Below the pieces are notes generated by a model that was given only the letters and a program-made list of their open reading frames with translations, was not told where the DNA came from and ran no database searches. 48,116 nucleotides of DNA from an uncultured Candidatus Sumerlaeota bacterium (lineage in GTDB: Bacteria > CAYMEV01), in NCBI GenBank assembly GCA_964389675.1, contig CAYMEV010000001.1, positions 282,539 to 330,654 of the forward strand. The letters are read 5' to 3'. The number at the start of each line of letters is the position of its first letter. Position 1 is the first letter of the stretch. Below are positions 18,024-28,301 of this stretch, in pieces. A program made the translations under genes and the position numbers.

Positions 18024-21000
18024 ATGTCAACAGGAACCCGAAAATTTATTATTGGCAATAAAAACCTGTCAAAAGCATTCTTTATTCTGGCTGTTCTACT
18101 GGTTTCTTCTATCATATCATCTGGAAATGATGATAATTTAAGCCTAAATCAGGAAATCTATGAAATTTTTTGTAATAACAGGCCGGAAATCGATTTACAG
18201 TCCATCCCCAAAAAATCATATGAGCAAGGCAGGATAAGGATAAAGCTTAATCCTTTATTAAGGGGGAAGGTCCCGACCTCTGTATCAAGCACTCAGAATA
18301 ATTATTATATATCTACCGGCATAGCCGAGCTTGACAGGCTAAACAGCATATACAGGGCATACAGTTTGAAACCCCTGATAAGCAGGCTCTATGATGTATC
18401 GCCTGCTTCAGCAGAGAGGATTGAACTGCACAGGGCATGGGGATTTGACCTCTGGTATGAGATAGAACTTGATAAGCAGTCAGACATAAAAAAGGCAGTA
18501 AAAGAATACAGAGACCTTTCATGCATTGATCATGCCGAGCCGGTCTACAGGACAAGGATGCTTTCTTCCATGTCCAGCACTGTTGATGAAAAATCAGGCA
18601 AACATACTCCCGATGACCCCTATTTTGACCCTGACCAGTGGAGCCTGTATAATTACGGCCAGGTGATAAACGGTACGGCCGGGACTGCAGGGTGCGACAT
18701 AGACGTTCAGAATGCATGGGATCTGGATACAGGATGGGACTATGTCACAGTAGCTGTCATTGACAGTGGAATTGATTACATCCATGAGGACCTGAGCGCA
18801 AACATGTGGAGCGGAATAGGCCCTGACGGAGCAGGCACTGTTGCTGATAATAATGCTACGCACATGGCAGGTATAATAGCTGCTGTCACTGATAATTCCG
18901 CAGGAATTGCAGGCATAGCCGGCGGAAGCGGTACAGGCGACGGAGCACGGCTGATGAGCATAGACATGAATGGGAGCCACGGGCTTTCAATACCCGAGAT
19001 GTATATTTATGCAGCAGACAATGGAGCGGCAGTATCAGTGAACAGCTGGTCATATACAGCCACCGGGGTTTATGAAGAGGTTGACCTGGATGCCATTGAC
19101 TATTTCAACCAGCATGGAGGCGGATCTGTCCTTGAAGGAGGCCTTACTGTTTTTTCTGCAGGGGATTCCGGAAGCACCGGCCTGTGGTATCCGGCATGCT
19201 ATGATGGAGTCATGGCTGTAGCTTCAACTGACAATAAGGATAAGAAAGACAGGTCATCAAACTACGGTACATGGGTTGATATCTCCGCACCTGGAAAATA
19301 CATAACTAGCACAGGAATAACAAACACCTACATTGCTCAGACAGGAACATCCATGGCAGCAGCCCATGTCGCAGGGACAGCTGCACTCATTATCTCTCAT
19401 ATAGCAAGGAACGGCATTGTCCTTGACCCTGATGAGATTTCAGAGATCATTAAAAAGACCAGGGATGAAATAGACAGTACAAACCCCCTTTACAGGGGAA
19501 TGCTGGGCACAGGAAGGCTTAATGCTGGCCTTGCACTTGCTGAAGCTGAAAATGTGGTAAACTATATGCCCTATTATGATGTTGCCATTACCAACAGGAC
19601 AGGGGATGCTGATGTTCAGATAGGGGAAACATATTATTATACTATAAGGGTAAGGAACAACGGCCTGCTGAATGATGCCTATATATTCAGCCTTGATGCA
19701 GACTGGGCAGTCGGGCTCTATGCCGATATGAGCGATACTCCTGTTGATGTCCCCCTTATACTGGACCCTCTGTCCTATGTTGACCTTTATCTTAAGGTAA
19801 CCGTGCCTGTAGGCACGCAGATATGGACACTGGGCTATGATACCGTTACGGTATCAGGAACATGGATACCGCGTTCAGTAACGGTTACAACGACAGCATC
19901 AGACATAATAACCTTCTATGAGGAGGACTTCTCTACATGCCCGGATTTTTCAAGCCCCGACCCGGGCTGGAAGATGTATATGCTGGGAGGGACAGAGAGC
20001 TTCTGGAGCTGTCATCCGGACGGGTATATGTATCATGACAGGAACCCCAACCCCAATAACCTGGTGAAGGGATGGCTTGTTTCACCTCTTATTACAATAC
20101 CTGACGGAAATACTGTCATATCCCTCCAGACCATGTGGAATGAAGCAGAGCCCGGTTATACACAGCCCACACAGGGCATATATATCTCAACAGGAAGCGG
20201 AGACCCGAACAGCGGAGAGTTTGTGCTTGTTACCCAGGTGATAAATGACGGCTATCAGAATGTATGGCATTTTAAGGAATATGATATAAGCGAATATACC
20301 GGTATGGATGTCTATGTGGGGTTCTACTATGAGGCAAGGAGGGATTACCACAACTGGCACATTGATGACATAAAGCTCTCCACGGTTCCCCCGAGGCCGC
20401 TGCCCTTTACTGAATCCTTCATGCCCGGAAGCGCCACAAGGGGCTGGAAGGTGGTGCAGGGAGCGTCAAAGGTCTGGTCTATCGTACTCTCAAGCTTTGC
20501 GGGGGGAGAGGAAAACGAGCTAAATGCAACCTATTTCAATACATCAGAGACAACAAGGTATTATACCCCTCCACTTGATGTGGAAGGTTTAAATACTGTG
20601 TCGCTTAAATTCCTGACATATTTTGAAGGCATATCTTCAGCCTTTACAGCAAAGATACAGTACAAGACAGACATTACAGGCTGGGCAGACACAGGCTGGC
20701 AGCTGTCAGGCGGATTGGCTTCCTACGGGCCGGGACTCGAGGAAGTGCTGATAGATATCCCGGCAGGTGCTACATCCCTTTATATAGCCTGGGTTGGTTC
20801 TGGAGACCATAAGAAGCTTCAGAACTGGTATATTGATACGGTTGTTGTTGATCAGTATACGATTACCCAGGATTATGCGGTATCCCTTGACAACATTACA
20901 GGAGATTCATCAGTCCAGATAGGGGAATCCTTCTATTATTTACTGCGAGTAAGAAACATAGGCCTTCTTGATGATAATTTCAGCCTTACTGCATCAGGAG

Positions 21001-23519
21001 ACTGGGCAGTGGGCCTTTATGCAGACACAGCCGATACGCCTTTGCCTGACCCTCTTTTTATTGCTTCAGGCAATTATACAGATATTTACCTGAAGGTCAC
21101 AGTACCTTCGGGAACTGCTGTTGACACTGTTGCACAGCAGACAGCAGAGGCTTCAGGAAATGGCTCCTATGACTCTCTCATTATTTCAACCACAGCAGTA
21201 ACGGACTTCCTTGATGAGGATTTCACAAACTGTGTCCACAGCTGGAGCATATACCAGATGGCAGATGCAACAAGCGTGAGCTGGGACTGCCAGGATGACT
21301 ATATGTTCCATAGCGTTACACCTGTCGGGGAATATGCAGAGAACTGGCTCGTATCCCCCCAGAGAAGCATAAATCCTGCAAAATCGGGCCAGCTGTACCT
21401 TAATGTCCTTGAGCTTTTTCAGTACCCTGAATCTTATGTATATCACGGCATCTGGATATCCACCGGAAGCGGAGACCCGAATGACGGTGATTTTGTGGAA
21501 TATACAGAACTTGAGCCGGTAGGCAGTACCAATACATGGTATGAGAGGGCTTTTAATTTTTCTGATTATGCAGGTTCAGATGTCTATATAGCCTTTGTTT
21601 ACAGGGGAGCCAATGCAGACTACTGGGCAATTGACTCTGTCACCATAATTGATGACCAGTATGAATGGCCTGTTGAAGAATATCAGGTGACCTTCACTGT
21701 CTATGACTACCTTGGCAATCCCCTGCAGGGCCTTAATATATGGGTATGGGAGCAGGGAAATCCATCAGAGGTACTCGTTGATCAGGATACAGACTCAGCA
21801 GGCCAGGTAATATGCATGCTTGAGCCCGGGACATATGATTTTGATGTTTATGACTATTATGAGGCTTATGAATACTATACCGGCTCATTTACCGTGGTTG
21901 ACCAGGCTATAGCAGTTCCCCCCGTTTACCTCAACCTTACAGAATTCAGCGTTGAGTTTGAGATACTGGATGAGTCAGGTTTGCCTGTCGAGGGTGCCTT
22001 AATTGACATAACAGGGGCAACCAATCCGCCTGCAACTGATATTAATGGCCTGACAACAACAATACTTACCAAGGGAAGCTATGACTACAGCATATCACAT
22101 GCATGCTATGAGACGCTGTATAGTAATGTCGATATAGGTATAATCAAAAGCAATGCATCAAGACAGAAACCGAAGACTGAATACAGCCTTATCCACTATC
22201 TGACAGAGGCTGTGTTTAAGGCTTCTTTCAGTGTCACTGACGGTACTGAACCTGTAATGGGAGCAAAGATCAATATTTCCGGGGAGCTTGACCCTGTTGT
22301 TACAGACATAAGCGGGCAGGGGGAGGCAGACCTTGGATGCGGATGCTATACCTACAGTGTCGATGCCGGTAACTATGACCCCTATGAAGGCGTGTTCGAT
22401 ATTGCTGGTGCAAAGCACAGCATAAGCATAGAGCTCTCATACAGCCCGGTGTTCATCTCCCCTGCCATAAGCCTTGATTATACTCAGCACAGGGGCATAT
22501 GGCTCTGGAGCTATGATGAATCAAAGTCTTCAGATATAAATTCCAGGGGTTCCTCGTGGACCAATATACTGCATGGCATTACAGCAGAAAAGATGCTTGC
22601 AGGCGATATAACAGGAGATGGTGAAATTGAGCTTACAGCACTCCTTTCTGAGTATGGCCTGTGGTATTACAGCATAGCTGATAATATGTGGACAAATCTC
22701 ATACCTGATGATGCCTGCATTGATTTTGCACTGGCATTTACGAAAGAGAACGGCCCTTCTGAGATCATATCCTCCATCAGGGATCACGGTATATACAGGT
22801 GGGATCATTCAGCAGGAAATATATGGCCATCATCATGGAATAAAATATTTCTTGTCCCTGCAGAAAAAATCATTTCAGTCAATTTTGACAGGGATGAAAC
22901 CGGTATTGATGAACTGGCCATGGTTTTCTACGGCCACAGCGGCCTGTATATATACACATTTGAAGATTCTTCCCTTTTAAGGATCGTGGATATAAGCCCG
23001 TCAAGCATGGCAAAGGCAGATATAACAGATGACGGCTTTAATGAATTGATAATTGCCTTTGAAGGCCTGGGCATCTATCTTATGAGGTATGCTGATGAGG
23101 GGCTCAGGAATATCAATACCTGCTATCCCGGAATAGACCTTATCAATGATATAAGATCAAACAATGAGTGGGCGGCAGCAAAGGGCTCGAATCTGCAGTT
23201 TTTCAGGATTACATGGGGGACACCCGATCCTGATCATGACATAGGAACGGGAGATATAGCCCTCGGATTCGGCTCAGAAATATTCATCACATATTCAGGT
23301 TCTTCCTGTTATTATTCATACGATTCCTTATCATGGCATCCCCTTCTGTATTCACCTTTATGCAGGATAATATCATCAAGGTTTACCGGAAATCCCAGGG
23401 ATGACCTTATTGTATGCGACAGCAGTACAGGAAGTATTTACCTTTACAGCACAAGATCAGGCTCATGGAGCCTCCTTGCTGAATCAGCCAACAGCAGTGC
23501 GATGACAGCCATAGACTGA
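18024..23519 (+). CDS. Secreted S8-family paralogue with degenerate active site and the same downstream architecture (array member 3)
   Basis: D247 (VAVIDSG) and S443 (GTSMAAA) retained, but HGTH reads NATH (N277) and AAGN reads SAGD (D381); ORF uninterrupted. Confidence 0.9.
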   Translation: MSTGTRKFIIGNKNLSKAFFILAVLLVSSIISSGNDDNLSLNQEIYEIFCNNRPEIDLQSIPKKSYEQGRIRIKLNPLLRGKVPTSVSSTQNNYYISTGIAELDRLNSIYRAYSLKPLISRLYDVSPASAERIELHRAWGFDLWYEIELDKQSDIKKAVKEYRDLSCIDHAEPVYRTRMLSSMSSTVDEKSGKHTPDDPYFDPDQWSLYNYGQVINGTAGTAGCDIDVQNAWDLDTGWDYVTVAVIDSGIDYIHEDLSANMWSGIGPDGAGTVADNNATHMAGIIAAVTDNSAGIAGIAGGSGTGDGARLMSIDMNGSHGLSIPEMYIYAADNGAAVSVNSWSYTATGVYEEVDLDAIDYFNQHGGGSVLEGGLTVFSAGDSGSTGLWYPACYDGVMAVASTDNKDKKDRSSNYGTWVDISAPGKYITSTGITNTYIAQTGTSMAAAHVAGTAALIISHIARNGIVLDPDEISEIIKKTRDEIDSTNPLYRGMLGTGRLNAGLALAEAENVVNYMPYYDVAITNRTGDADVQIGETYYYTIRVRNNGLLNDAYIFSLDADWAVGLYADMSDTPVDVPLILDPLSYVDLYLKVTVPVGTQIWTLGYDTVTVSGTWIPRSVTVTTTASDIITFYEEDFSTCPDFSSPDPGWKMYMLGGTESFWSCHPDGYMYHDRNPNPNNLVKGWLVSPLITIPDGNTVISLQTMWNEAEPGYTQPTQGIYISTGSGDPNSGEFVLVTQVINDGYQNVWHFKEYDISEYTGMDVYVGFYYEARRDYHNWHIDDIKLSTVPPRPLPFTESFMPGSATRGWKVVQGASKVWSIVLSSFAGGEENELNATYFNTSETTRYYTPPLDVEGLNTVSLKFLTYFEGISSAFTAKIQYKTDITGWADTGWQLSGGLASYGPGLEEVLIDIPAGATSLYIAWVGSGDHKKLQNWYIDTVVVDQYTITQDYAVSLDNITGDSSVQIGESFYYLLRVRNIGLLDDNFSLTASGDWAVGLYADTADTPLPDPLFIASGNYTDIYLKVTVPSGTAVDTVAQQTAEASGNGSYDSLIISTTAVTDFLDEDFTNCVHSWSIYQMADATSVSWDCQDDYMFHSVTPVGEYAENWLVSPQRSINPAKSGQLYLNVLELFQYPESYVYHGIWISTGSGDPNDGDFVEYTELEPVGSTNTWYERAFNFSDYAGSDVYIAFVYRGANADYWAIDSVTIIDDQYEWPVEEYQVTFTVYDYLGNPLQGLNIWVWEQGNPSEVLVDQDTDSAGQVICMLEPGTYDFDVYDYYEAYEYYTGSFTVVDQAIAVPPVYLNLTEFSVEFEILDESGLPVEGALIDITGATNPPATDINGLTTTILTKGSYDYSISHACYETLYSNVDIGIIKSNASRQKPKTEYSLIHYLTEAVFKASFSVTDGTEPVMGAKINISGELDPVVTDISGQGEADLGCGCYTYSVDAGNYDPYEGVFDIAGAKHSISIELSYSPVFISPAISLDYTQHRGIWLWSYDESKSSDINSRGSSWTNILHGITAEKMLAGDITGDGEIELTALLSEYGLWYYSIADNMWTNLIPDDACIDFALAFTKENGPSEIISSIRDHGIYRWDHSAGNIWPSSWNKIFLVPAEKIISVNFDRDETGIDELAMVFYGHSGLYIYTFEDSSLLRIVDISPSSMAKADITDDGFNELIIAFEGLGIYLMRYADEGLRNINTCYPGIDLINDIRSNNEWAAAKGSNLQFFRITWGTPDPDHDIGTGDIALGFGSEIFITYSGSSCYYSYDSLSWHPLLYSPLCRIISSRFTGNPRDDLIVCDSSTGSIYLYSTRSGSWSLLAESANSSAMTAID

Positions 23520-23645
23520 AAGCCCTGAGGCTCATAGCCTTTATTTTTAATTATTCTTTCAGGCTGATTATGGCAATAGATCTCAACTGCAGTATATGCC
23601 AGCTGTTAAGCCAATATGGTTCTTCTAAATAAACATACAAATATC

Positions 23646-23674
23646 TTGATTTATATTCAAATACTGTGTATATT
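23646..23674 (+). promoter_or_regulatory. sigma70-type promoter
   Basis: TTGATT-17-TATATT; SD AAGGAG before ATG 23887. Confidence 0.55.
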
Positions 23675-23886
23675 TAAATAACAAGGCTGGTTTATCTCCC
23701 ATATAAAAGATGCGTTGAATTCTCTCAGATCATAGGCAGGTAGCCATTGAAGGTCAATTGATCTTTAGAAAGAATAGACCGACCGTATTTATTTAATTGG
23801 TTGCTTTTGCCTGAAACAATTAAATAGCTTTCAGAGTAAAGTTATAAAAGTTATAGCATTTTCATTAAATTATAAAGGAGAATTCA

Positions 23887-26800
23887 ATGTCAGCTAATTA
23901 TAAAAACAAAGCGATTATTGGGAAGATTTCAGGAATTGCATTCCTTATGCTTTTAATTTTCCTGCTTCCTCTAACAGCATCAGCCGGCACCAGCCCTGAC
24001 AGCATCAGGCCATTTTATCCCTCTGGCGACGAAGCCAAAGAGGATTATTACCTGGTTACCATCACCAATATCACAGGAGACCGCGAGATTGATATTGATG
24101 ATATTGCTGTCGAGTCCCCTGTATGGTATCAGCTGAGGGTACAGAACAACGGTGTCCTTAATGATGCCTATACCTTCACGCTTGACCAGGGCCAGTCAGG
24201 CTGGGCTGAGCTTTTTCTCAATCCATCCGGGGAAAGCATCCCTGTCCCTCTGGTTATAGAACCCCAGGAATATGCTGATATATATCTGAAGGTCACAATT
24301 CCTGCAGGTGCACCTCTGGGAACTGTGTCAGAGGACATCATCAACCTGACAGGCACATGGATATACTATTCATCGACTGTTACAACCACTATAATAAACA
24401 CGCTTTTTTATGATGACTTCGGTTTCTGCCCCGACTGGATGACCGGCTGGATGAAATACAAGCTCCAGGGGCAGGAACAGCAGGCAACATGGATGTGCCC
24501 TGAGGGAGGAGGATACATCTACCATACAAGAACATCCTCAAGCAATAATACAGCCGAGGGATGGGCAGTATCACCCTCTATCCATGTCCCCGAGGGATGT
24601 GCAACCCTGTCCTTCTCCAGCACCTGGAATGCCGATGTGCCCGGTTATCCCCAGGCTGCACAAAGTATCTACATATCCAGCGGACATAGCGATCCCACTC
24701 TATACAGGGATAACTATAACAAAGTTACCGACGTTATAAACAACGGAGATGAGATGGTATGGCAGACCAAAGAAGTGGACATATCCCAATATGCAGGTAT
24801 GGATATCTATGTTGCCTTTGTCTGGGAGGGCGAACTGGCTTTCCAGAACTGGTATATAACCGACATCACCCTTGAGTCGGTCCTTCCCACACCCATGCCC
24901 TTTGCCGAGAGCTTTGACCCCGGTTCGGACATGCCAGGCTGGAAGATAGACCAGGGACAATCAGACTATATCATCTGGTCTGTTGAGAATTCTAACTTTG
25001 CAGGGGGTGAGCCCAGGGAGCTTAAAGCCACCGGGACAGGCAATAAGCAGTTTACCGGTATATCCAGGGCATATTCCCCGGGGCTTGATATAAGAGGAGT
25101 AGGGACAGTCTCCATTGACTTTCTCTACAATATATCCAGCTCAAGCAACGGCAACAGCATTATTTCCAAGGTCCAGTACAGCACCGACGGTACAAACTGG
25201 ATAGATACATCATGGTCTATAACCCTGTCCACCAACAACTATTCTTCAGGCCCCCAGACTGCCAATGTCCTGATCGATCTTCTGGCACCTGCGGATACGC
25301 TCTTTATAGCATGGGTCAATGACGGTGATCACAGAAGGCTTGCTGCCTGGTATGTGGACCTTATAATCATTGATACAGAATCCATGATCTATGATTACTA
25401 TGTTACGCTTGACAATCTCACAGGTGATACCTCTGTGGAGGTAGGGGATACGCAATATTATCAGCTCAGGGTTAAAAACACAGGATCTGCGGAAGATACC
25501 TACAGCTTTGATATATCAGGCGACTGGGCTGTCGGGCTTTATGCTGATACATCCGATACACCACTCCCTGACCCGCTGACCATACTTCCGGGAAATACCT
25601 ATGATGCATACCTCAAGGTAACAGTACCCATGGGAACGCCTGACCAGACTGTCTCATCTTCAACAGTAGAAATAACAGGAACAGGCACACCCGTTGCGAC
25701 AGATTCAGTTTCAGTTACAACTACAGCAACCCAGAGTGTCGTACCCGATCAATATACCGTAACCATTACTGTACTTGACTATCTTGGAAATCCTCTTAAG
25801 GATATGAATATATGGATATGGTATAACGGAAATCCGTCCCTGGTAGTTTTTGACCAGGATACAGACGCATCAGGCCAGGTATCATGTACTCTTCCAGTTG
25901 GAGATTATCAATTTGATATATATGACTATTACGATGCATATGAGTACTATATAGGCTCTTTCACCCTTGTTGACCAGAACCTTGCCGTTCCCGCAGTCTA
26001 CCTGAACCTGATCAACTTTGAAGTGCTTTATGAGGTACTTGATGAATCAGGCCTGCCCATAGGCGGAGCAGTAATTGATATAACAGGCGCAGACAACCCA
26101 GTTCCTACTGACATCAACGGCATGACAACCGCAATACTCTCAAAGGGATATTACAGCTATACAGTCTCATCCACATGCTATGAGGCACTCACATCTTCCG
26201 TGAGCATAGGCCTGTATAAGAACAATTCCAGGAACAACATGCCCAAGACGGACTATCACCTGATACACCATATGACAGCATCCCCCTGCAAAATAACTTT
26301 TGCTGTAACTGATAATTCCGAGCCTGTAATGGGTGCAAGAATAGTAATTGACGGGGTACCTGGCACTGTGATAACCAGCATGGACGGTGTGGGAGAAACA
26401 GAGCTCGTATGCGGGTCTTACAGCTATATAGTCGAAGCAGGCAACTACAATCCCTATGAAGGTTCATTTGAGGTACAGGGGACAAAGAATACAATAGATA
26501 TTAATCTCAGCTATGACCACTTATATATATCCCCCGCAATAAGCCTTAACAAGCCAGAGTACAGGGGCATCTGGCTCTGGAGCTATAATCCGGAGGGTGA
26601 ATCACCCTGGACAAATATACTGAACGGCATAAGTGCAGAAAAGATACTTGCAGGGGATATCTCAGGCGACGGCGAACCAGAACTGATAGCCCTTCTTTCA
26701 GAATACGGCCTGTGGTCTTATAATATTTCCTCAAATACATGGAATGTAATTCTGAATTCATCAGAGATAAATGATTTTGTTATTCTGAAGGCATCAGCTG

Positions 26801-27543
26801 ATAAGCCTTCCACCGTAGCAGTATCAATCAGGGGCTACGGCACCTATAAGCTTGAAAGCGGTGCATGGAAACGCCTTATCCCGATTTCTGCAGACATCAT
26901 GACAGCTGATAATATAAACAGGGACCCGCTTGGCATTGACGAGCTTTTCCTGTCCTTTACCGATTACAGCGGCCTCTACATCTACAGCTTCGAAACTGAA
27001 ACATTAAGCAGGATAGTATCAGCAAGCCCTTCCCATATAGCACATGCGGACATTACAAATGACGGCTATAATGAGCTGGTGCTGACCTTTGACGGATATG
27101 GCGTTTATCTTCTTGGATTTACAGCTGAAGAGTCTGATAAATCAGCTGTTTATCCTTCTTTTGACATTCTAAGCGACATAACTGCAAACAATCACTGGGT
27201 ATCAAAGGGCTCAGGCCTCCAGCTTTCAAGGATAACATGGGGGACCCCGGATGCAGGACATGACCCCGGGACAGGTGACATAGCACTCGGTTTCGGCTCA
27301 GAGATTGTAATTACCTATGGAGGTTCTGCATACTATTATTCATATGACTCCCTTTCATGGCATCCCCTTCTCTATGCACCATTAAGCAGGGTAATATCCT
27401 CAAGGTTTACGGGAAATGTAAGGGATGACCTGATCGTATGCGAAAGCATAAGCAAAAGCATCTATCTCTATAATACAAAGGCAAATTCATGGGAACTCAT
27501 CCTTGATAAGGGAGATACAGATGCAATGGTACCATTAAAGTAA
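23887..27543 (+). CDS. Secreted protease-less adhesin-domain protein with the shared C-terminal module (array member 4)
   Basis: Signal peptide (ASA); Ig, adhesin, second beta-sandwich, Ig, then the same three repeats and propeller; no S8 motifs. Confidence 0.85.
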   Translation: MSANYKNKAIIGKISGIAFLMLLIFLLPLTASAGTSPDSIRPFYPSGDEAKEDYYLVTITNITGDREIDIDDIAVESPVWYQLRVQNNGVLNDAYTFTLDQGQSGWAELFLNPSGESIPVPLVIEPQEYADIYLKVTIPAGAPLGTVSEDIINLTGTWIYYSSTVTTTIINTLFYDDFGFCPDWMTGWMKYKLQGQEQQATWMCPEGGGYIYHTRTSSSNNTAEGWAVSPSIHVPEGCATLSFSSTWNADVPGYPQAAQSIYISSGHSDPTLYRDNYNKVTDVINNGDEMVWQTKEVDISQYAGMDIYVAFVWEGELAFQNWYITDITLESVLPTPMPFAESFDPGSDMPGWKIDQGQSDYIIWSVENSNFAGGEPRELKATGTGNKQFTGISRAYSPGLDIRGVGTVSIDFLYNISSSSNGNSIISKVQYSTDGTNWIDTSWSITLSTNNYSSGPQTANVLIDLLAPADTLFIAWVNDGDHRRLAAWYVDLIIIDTESMIYDYYVTLDNLTGDTSVEVGDTQYYQLRVKNTGSAEDTYSFDISGDWAVGLYADTSDTPLPDPLTILPGNTYDAYLKVTVPMGTPDQTVSSSTVEITGTGTPVATDSVSVTTTATQSVVPDQYTVTITVLDYLGNPLKDMNIWIWYNGNPSLVVFDQDTDASGQVSCTLPVGDYQFDIYDYYDAYEYYIGSFTLVDQNLAVPAVYLNLINFEVLYEVLDESGLPIGGAVIDITGADNPVPTDINGMTTAILSKGYYSYTVSSTCYEALTSSVSIGLYKNNSRNNMPKTDYHLIHHMTASPCKITFAVTDNSEPVMGARIVIDGVPGTVITSMDGVGETELVCGSYSYIVEAGNYNPYEGSFEVQGTKNTIDINLSYDHLYISPAISLNKPEYRGIWLWSYNPEGESPWTNILNGISAEKILAGDISGDGEPELIALLSEYGLWSYNISSNTWNVILNSSEINDFVILKASADKPSTVAVSIRGYGTYKLESGAWKRLIPISADIMTADNINRDPLGIDELFLSFTDYSGLYIYSFETETLSRIVSASPSHIAHADITNDGYNELVLTFDGYGVYLLGFTAEESDKSAVYPSFDILSDITANNHWVSKGSGLQLSRITWGTPDAGHDPGTGDIALGFGSEIVITYGGSAYYYSYDSLSWHPLLYAPLSRVISSRFTGNVRDDLIVCESISKSIYLYNTKANSWELILDKGDTDAMVPLK

Positions 27544-27558
27544 CTAAATATAATACAT

Positions 27559-27588
27559 AAAAGGGGCATTTAATGCCCCTTTTTTTTT
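27559..27588. terminator. Bidirectional intrinsic terminator between convergent genes
   Basis: AAAAGGGGCAT-tta-ATGCCCCTTTTTTTTT. Confidence 0.9.
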
Positions 27589-28300
27589 ACATGTTTTTTT
27601 TTGCCCTCAGACAGAAATAGCTGTTGTAGAAAAAGGAAGCCAGGGTATTCATACCCCATTTTCCAAGCCTGTCATGGCTGAGCCTCTTTATTGAAAAATC
27701 GCTGAACCCTGCCTCTTTAAGGAGTGCTTTCCATACCTTCGGAGGCTGGTGCTTCTTCCATGTAATTGTTGGAACGAAGGGATTTTTCAATCCAAGCACA
27801 TAGAAAAGATTATATCTTGAACAGTCGCATATGACAATATCAGCATTATCACCTGCCAGGGCGTATATCTTTCTGAATATTTCTAAATATCTCTTCCAGT
27901 AGTATCCAGAATCCGTAAGCCTCATGCAGGATACCTCATCCAGGTGATTTACGGAATTATATGAGATAATTATGTCAAATTTCTCTCCTGGCTCATAATC
28001 CTGTATGTTTTCCCGGCAGAGAAATACATTATGCATGCCGAATCTCTCATAAAGCTGCATAAACCTGTCATAGGCATCCAGAGAACTCCCTTCTTTTTCA
28101 GGCTCCAGGCATACGACCCTGCCTGCACCCTTTACTGCGGAATAGAAGCTGAATATCCCGCTTCCTCCGCCTATATCAAGCACATTCTTCCCGGCAAAAT
28201 CAATGCCTTCAAATACAGTATCCGTGTGGAATCTCAGGTTCTCTTTTCTCTTTCTCAATCCTGATTCAATAATGATTTCAAAATACTTCTCAATATCCAT
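27587..28300 (-). CDS. Class I SAM-dependent methyltransferase
   Basis: VLDIGGGSG motif I, KFDIII; last gene of a coupled GT4, GT-C, MTase run. Confidence 0.88.
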   Translation of the reverse strand: MDIEKYFEIIIESGLRKRKENLRFHTDTVFEGIDFAGKNVLDIGGGSGIFSFYSAVKGAGRVVCLEPEKEGSSLDAYDRFMQLYERFGMHNVFLCRENIQDYEPGEKFDIIISYNSVNHLDEVSCMRLTDSGYYWKRYLEIFRKIYALAGDNADIVICDCSRYNLFYVLGLKNPFVPTITWKKHQPPKVWKALLKEAGFSDFSIKRLSHDRLGKWGMNTLASFFYNSYFCLRAKKNM

Positions 28301-28301
28301 A

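Noticed and set aside
18024-23519. Calling the degenerate S8 gene a pseudogene
   Set aside because: 1831 codons with no stop or frameshift, intact SD, signal peptide and domains.
23528-23548. AGGCT-cat-AGCCT-TTATTTTT as terminator of member 3
   Set aside because: Only a 5-bp stem with a 3-nt loop; plausible but too weak to call.
23690-23750. Glycine or cyclic-dinucleotide riboswitch (CTCTCAG, GGTAGCC fragments)
   Set aside because: Only isolated short matches; the other conserved core elements are missing.
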